Shown: positions 27,701-28,321 of the stretch, piece after piece | Layout of the letters: the number at the start of each line of letters is the position of its first letter | How positions within the stretch are numbered: the first letter of the stretch is position 1 | Origin: a virus | Taxonomy: Duplodnaviria > Caudoviricetes | DNA: 28,321 nucleotides | Strand: one strand, 5' to 3' | Virus record (IMG/VR): IMGVR_UViG_3300024264_000133 | Location: 1 to 28,321 of that record | Program-made: the position numbers and the translations under genes | Notes under the pieces: generated by a model | Told to the model about the DNA's origin: nothing | Databases searched by the model: none | What the model saw: the letters and a program-made list of their open reading frames with translations, nothing else

Positions 27701-28320
27701 CCTTTTATTTGCCCTGTTTCAGGGTCAAAAAATACTTTATGTACTTCTACATTTTTATTTAAAAAGCTTGGATTTGCTAAATCTGTACCTCTAGCGAGTA
27801 AAGGCCCTTTGATTTCTTCTGATTCAATAGATACATTATAAAGCTCTCCACTACTATTTGTAGTAAAAGAATCATCTAAAGTTTCTATTGCTATGCTTTG
27901 GTTTGAGTTTGAGAATCCTGTAATTAGGAAATGTTTATTGTGATTTGATCCAGCCCCGTCATTAGCTTCTAACTTAATTTTGTCGCCTTCTTTGAAGCCT
28001 TCTTCTACAAAATCAACTCCAATACTATTAGTAGTAATGGTATTACTTGTAAAAGTTAAATTTGCAGGTATAGAAGTTCCTAATATTTCAGAAGCTAAAG
28101 TTAAAGACATTGTGTCAGCTTTTGCTTGAACGCTTTCTTTATATCCTGAGATATTTAAAAGTTTATTAGCTCTATATATTTGAGTACCATTTGCGCTTCC
28201 TGCATCATTAGTAGAACCGTCATTAAAAGAAATATCTCTAGTAGCGTCTGTAATATACGCGAATTTATTTGCATTTGTAGAAAATGTATTATTTGCACTA
28301 GGTAGTTGAGGACGCTCAAA
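21790..28320 (-). CDS. T5 pb3-like baseplate hub protein with long C-terminal extension; 5' end outside the window (>2170 aa)
   Basis: Frame stays open upstream of 28110 to the edge (FERPQ...AYITDATRDISFN...IYRANKLL). LPVVYGV...GIPVFADT and HWADF..VQGRMT motifs, then a FN3-like TPTDLTG..LTWT..YYWIR segment, fit a pb3-like hub. Confidence 0.85.
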   Translation of the reverse strand, partial: FERPQLPSANNTFSTNANKFAYITDATRDISFNDGSTNDAGSANGTQIYRANKLLNISGYKESVQAKADTMSLTLASEILGTSIPANLTFTSNTITTNSIGVDFVEEGFKEGDKIKLEANDGAGSNHNKHFLITGFSNSNQSIAIETLDDSFTTNSSGELYNVSIESEEIKGPLLARGTDLANPSFLNKNVEVHKVFFDPETGQIKGNASILIFKGLITKANITEDPSRSSRVQWTLSSHWADFNKVQGRMTSDEIHRALNASGSPQRDAALKKEYADDMGFMHADTSVNLVATYKEKYQEMEVKTSKHGLFGLKTKVQTKMVDKTRDRDVDLKVDLVSKYLPVVYGVRRLPGIPVFADTPSNDPDTIYVLYAIAEGEVEAIYDIYIDGEPLVCLNKEDEDSRSITGTNSESSGVLCAGRADRGETIRGNSSYSSTLQNYATGKQSKFHDSERSFDKNFYDQYDVQEIDYITDSGSYYDYYNSGSATSYTGSTQNTVGIRDGQTFQISVPQPIKLWFHAGKSDQTANSKLIDIATGATKFKRQIDYFNNSNGEEYWSTNHRLLDTAYVLAEITVNEENTDIPELEFVVRGRIHEGYNYDFTYRHDDKGYSSEDTANFTLGESVTFYRTSDNAVLNTTTVRDVFEETDPRTGSVYNKIRFADRPYHSSNFTYIDDAPIHTEFYAKDSSNNMWHMLTWNHNDIDNSDAYLPNQGSNISSIGRNSGTGKLELSVGDTDLSGQTKFKIVGTGAGQLEGIENSTLTGTYSNQVVTLNVYVGTLTGSDTISSGRIIGSKQVKLPSAASSTDDFYNDQFIEITSGQGVGEKRRITDYNGTTKIATLKTNFIDHPNASSDYKVFGRGSDLRSGNNPALHTLDYITNNTFGKGLDLEKDISLQTFTNSARTCDSRSDITIAATTAATVGDEYILTSDGTSSGNVLARGKVKSATLNGTHYSVVLENVIGQFQRIWQKWIYYKVGDIIYTNSGDLFRVPSSKGNGYIDVQPTNGSRQGLTYINNVTLYKATNTGVTLTTFGKKYVENYSLYDSDFVQYWRWVGWEHDHQRWCTRHQMNVVLETSSSVFQNTTNMLEHYNGILSYSNGKYELEVEAQEDIPSDNSPYHIKYGDIIGSLKVTEDPSRKSFNTINASLSDPGNKWSNTSVAFYNSNFVKADRNVVKTGNLQFSGITNYWNARINAERFLTESRFPLQISFTIMPKGILLKAGQVLKIDYDRFGWSGKLFRIQDLSVNTDCLVSVSAVEYDDSMYVISNTRTSAVSSTENPGAPGTGTPTTPTDLTGSTDKQGVTALTWTNATNFINSSDSTEIWASDDNNRSNATKIGEADNETTFNHALGEEAAKYYWIRHKRVISKRRSKQKTTIFSAYHPSEVTAGVPGTAKSPAQITVNLTNPSMTLQQTNAGSINYAATGTDIQVILGENILINDQSGDQANSSFRVAVSASNITAGSESTVNDANSNATIFRIGNHGNATSDTPVITYTITVKDGVGSTTTLQRFQHFAVAQDGAPGNDGFTITGTNTNHTFTGNTTGAASATGFSCDFVIREGATTWTYDGSSPYSSNSYRYGSLTDSNVSSSVASDGTITIDSNSALLSGTSTLTGSIIVPIYDNSDDTLLTTAVISLNKTIEGLVGQDAKSIRISTSSLVFTQAKNGTLSPNSITLTANRQNVSSSSSFNTNPNVSLTGSGDTRTLTSANFGSNTSVTVTVSADTVSDTVTLIRVEEGSDALTIVNSNPAHTVPSTNTGVVNSGNLTGSGTTIKVFEGATSLDYDASGTTAGHWTVSASQSPSSTLSTTSVSDSGNDAVVNDYTSMATGTDNVVVTYTITGKKLNGENFSLQTSQSIAKSKTGTPGGAGVRGGSIFTFEESTTSGISASDASDFAGTLDTGTAQAVAAAVIAAASDGTIRPNDRITVTDNSADKAGTRVYTGSATTSSGSVGTSDYSSLVVETFNGSVIVDGTLSASKLTADTTITNNLNVGSNLVVGTGGKIYSQNKTSFTDTDAGFYMDTTGDFHVGDAGSFIKFDESAGTVAIKADTIQFSSGTSVSTFDGNYNNLSNQPPLFNGAYGSLTGAPTFGTLTVNGTSFTPTGSNVSISPSGLGIDTNYIEGELGVSDIVGFGNTNVSGGRITLTGTTMNFNTTSSSTTVSTGGIDINAFTQQIIISDSS

Positions 28321-28321
28321 T

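Noticed and set aside
1752-27841. Plus-strand ORFs in the track (e.g. 3702..4247, 9983..10609, 14999..15646)
   Set aside because: They are antisense shadows of Thr/Ser/Ala/Gly-rich minus-strand genes, lie within or across them, and show no recognisable motifs.
28108-28110. ATG at 28110 as the start of the hub gene
   Set aside because: The frame is open to the window edge and the upstream residues look pb3-like, so the real start lies outside.

Overview
This is the virion tail region of a low-GC tailed phage with T5-like gene order; every supported gene is on the minus strand. In transcription order: a very large pb3-like baseplate hub (runs off the right edge), three paralogous 'M(A/S)RRVLLGK' tail-tip proteins with a degenerate stand-alone Hint-like ORF among them, a consensus sigma70 promoter, a p132-like collar protein, and an array of at least six fibre genes (the last runs off the left edge and is missing from the ORF track). 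The main signal is that the fibre array looks built for module exchange. An exact 11-mer (TCCAATTCCAA, encoding G-I-G with fixed codons) occurs 14 times in one orientation, marking linkers between unrelated modules. Two fibre genes lacking an S74 chaperone are followed by 20-23 aa mini-ORFs that copy, with 29-33 identical bp, the 3' end of the S74 chaperone in a third fibre gene. No recombinase, reverse transcriptase, RNA gene or CRISPR array is visible. All family assignments come from motif recognition, not database searches.
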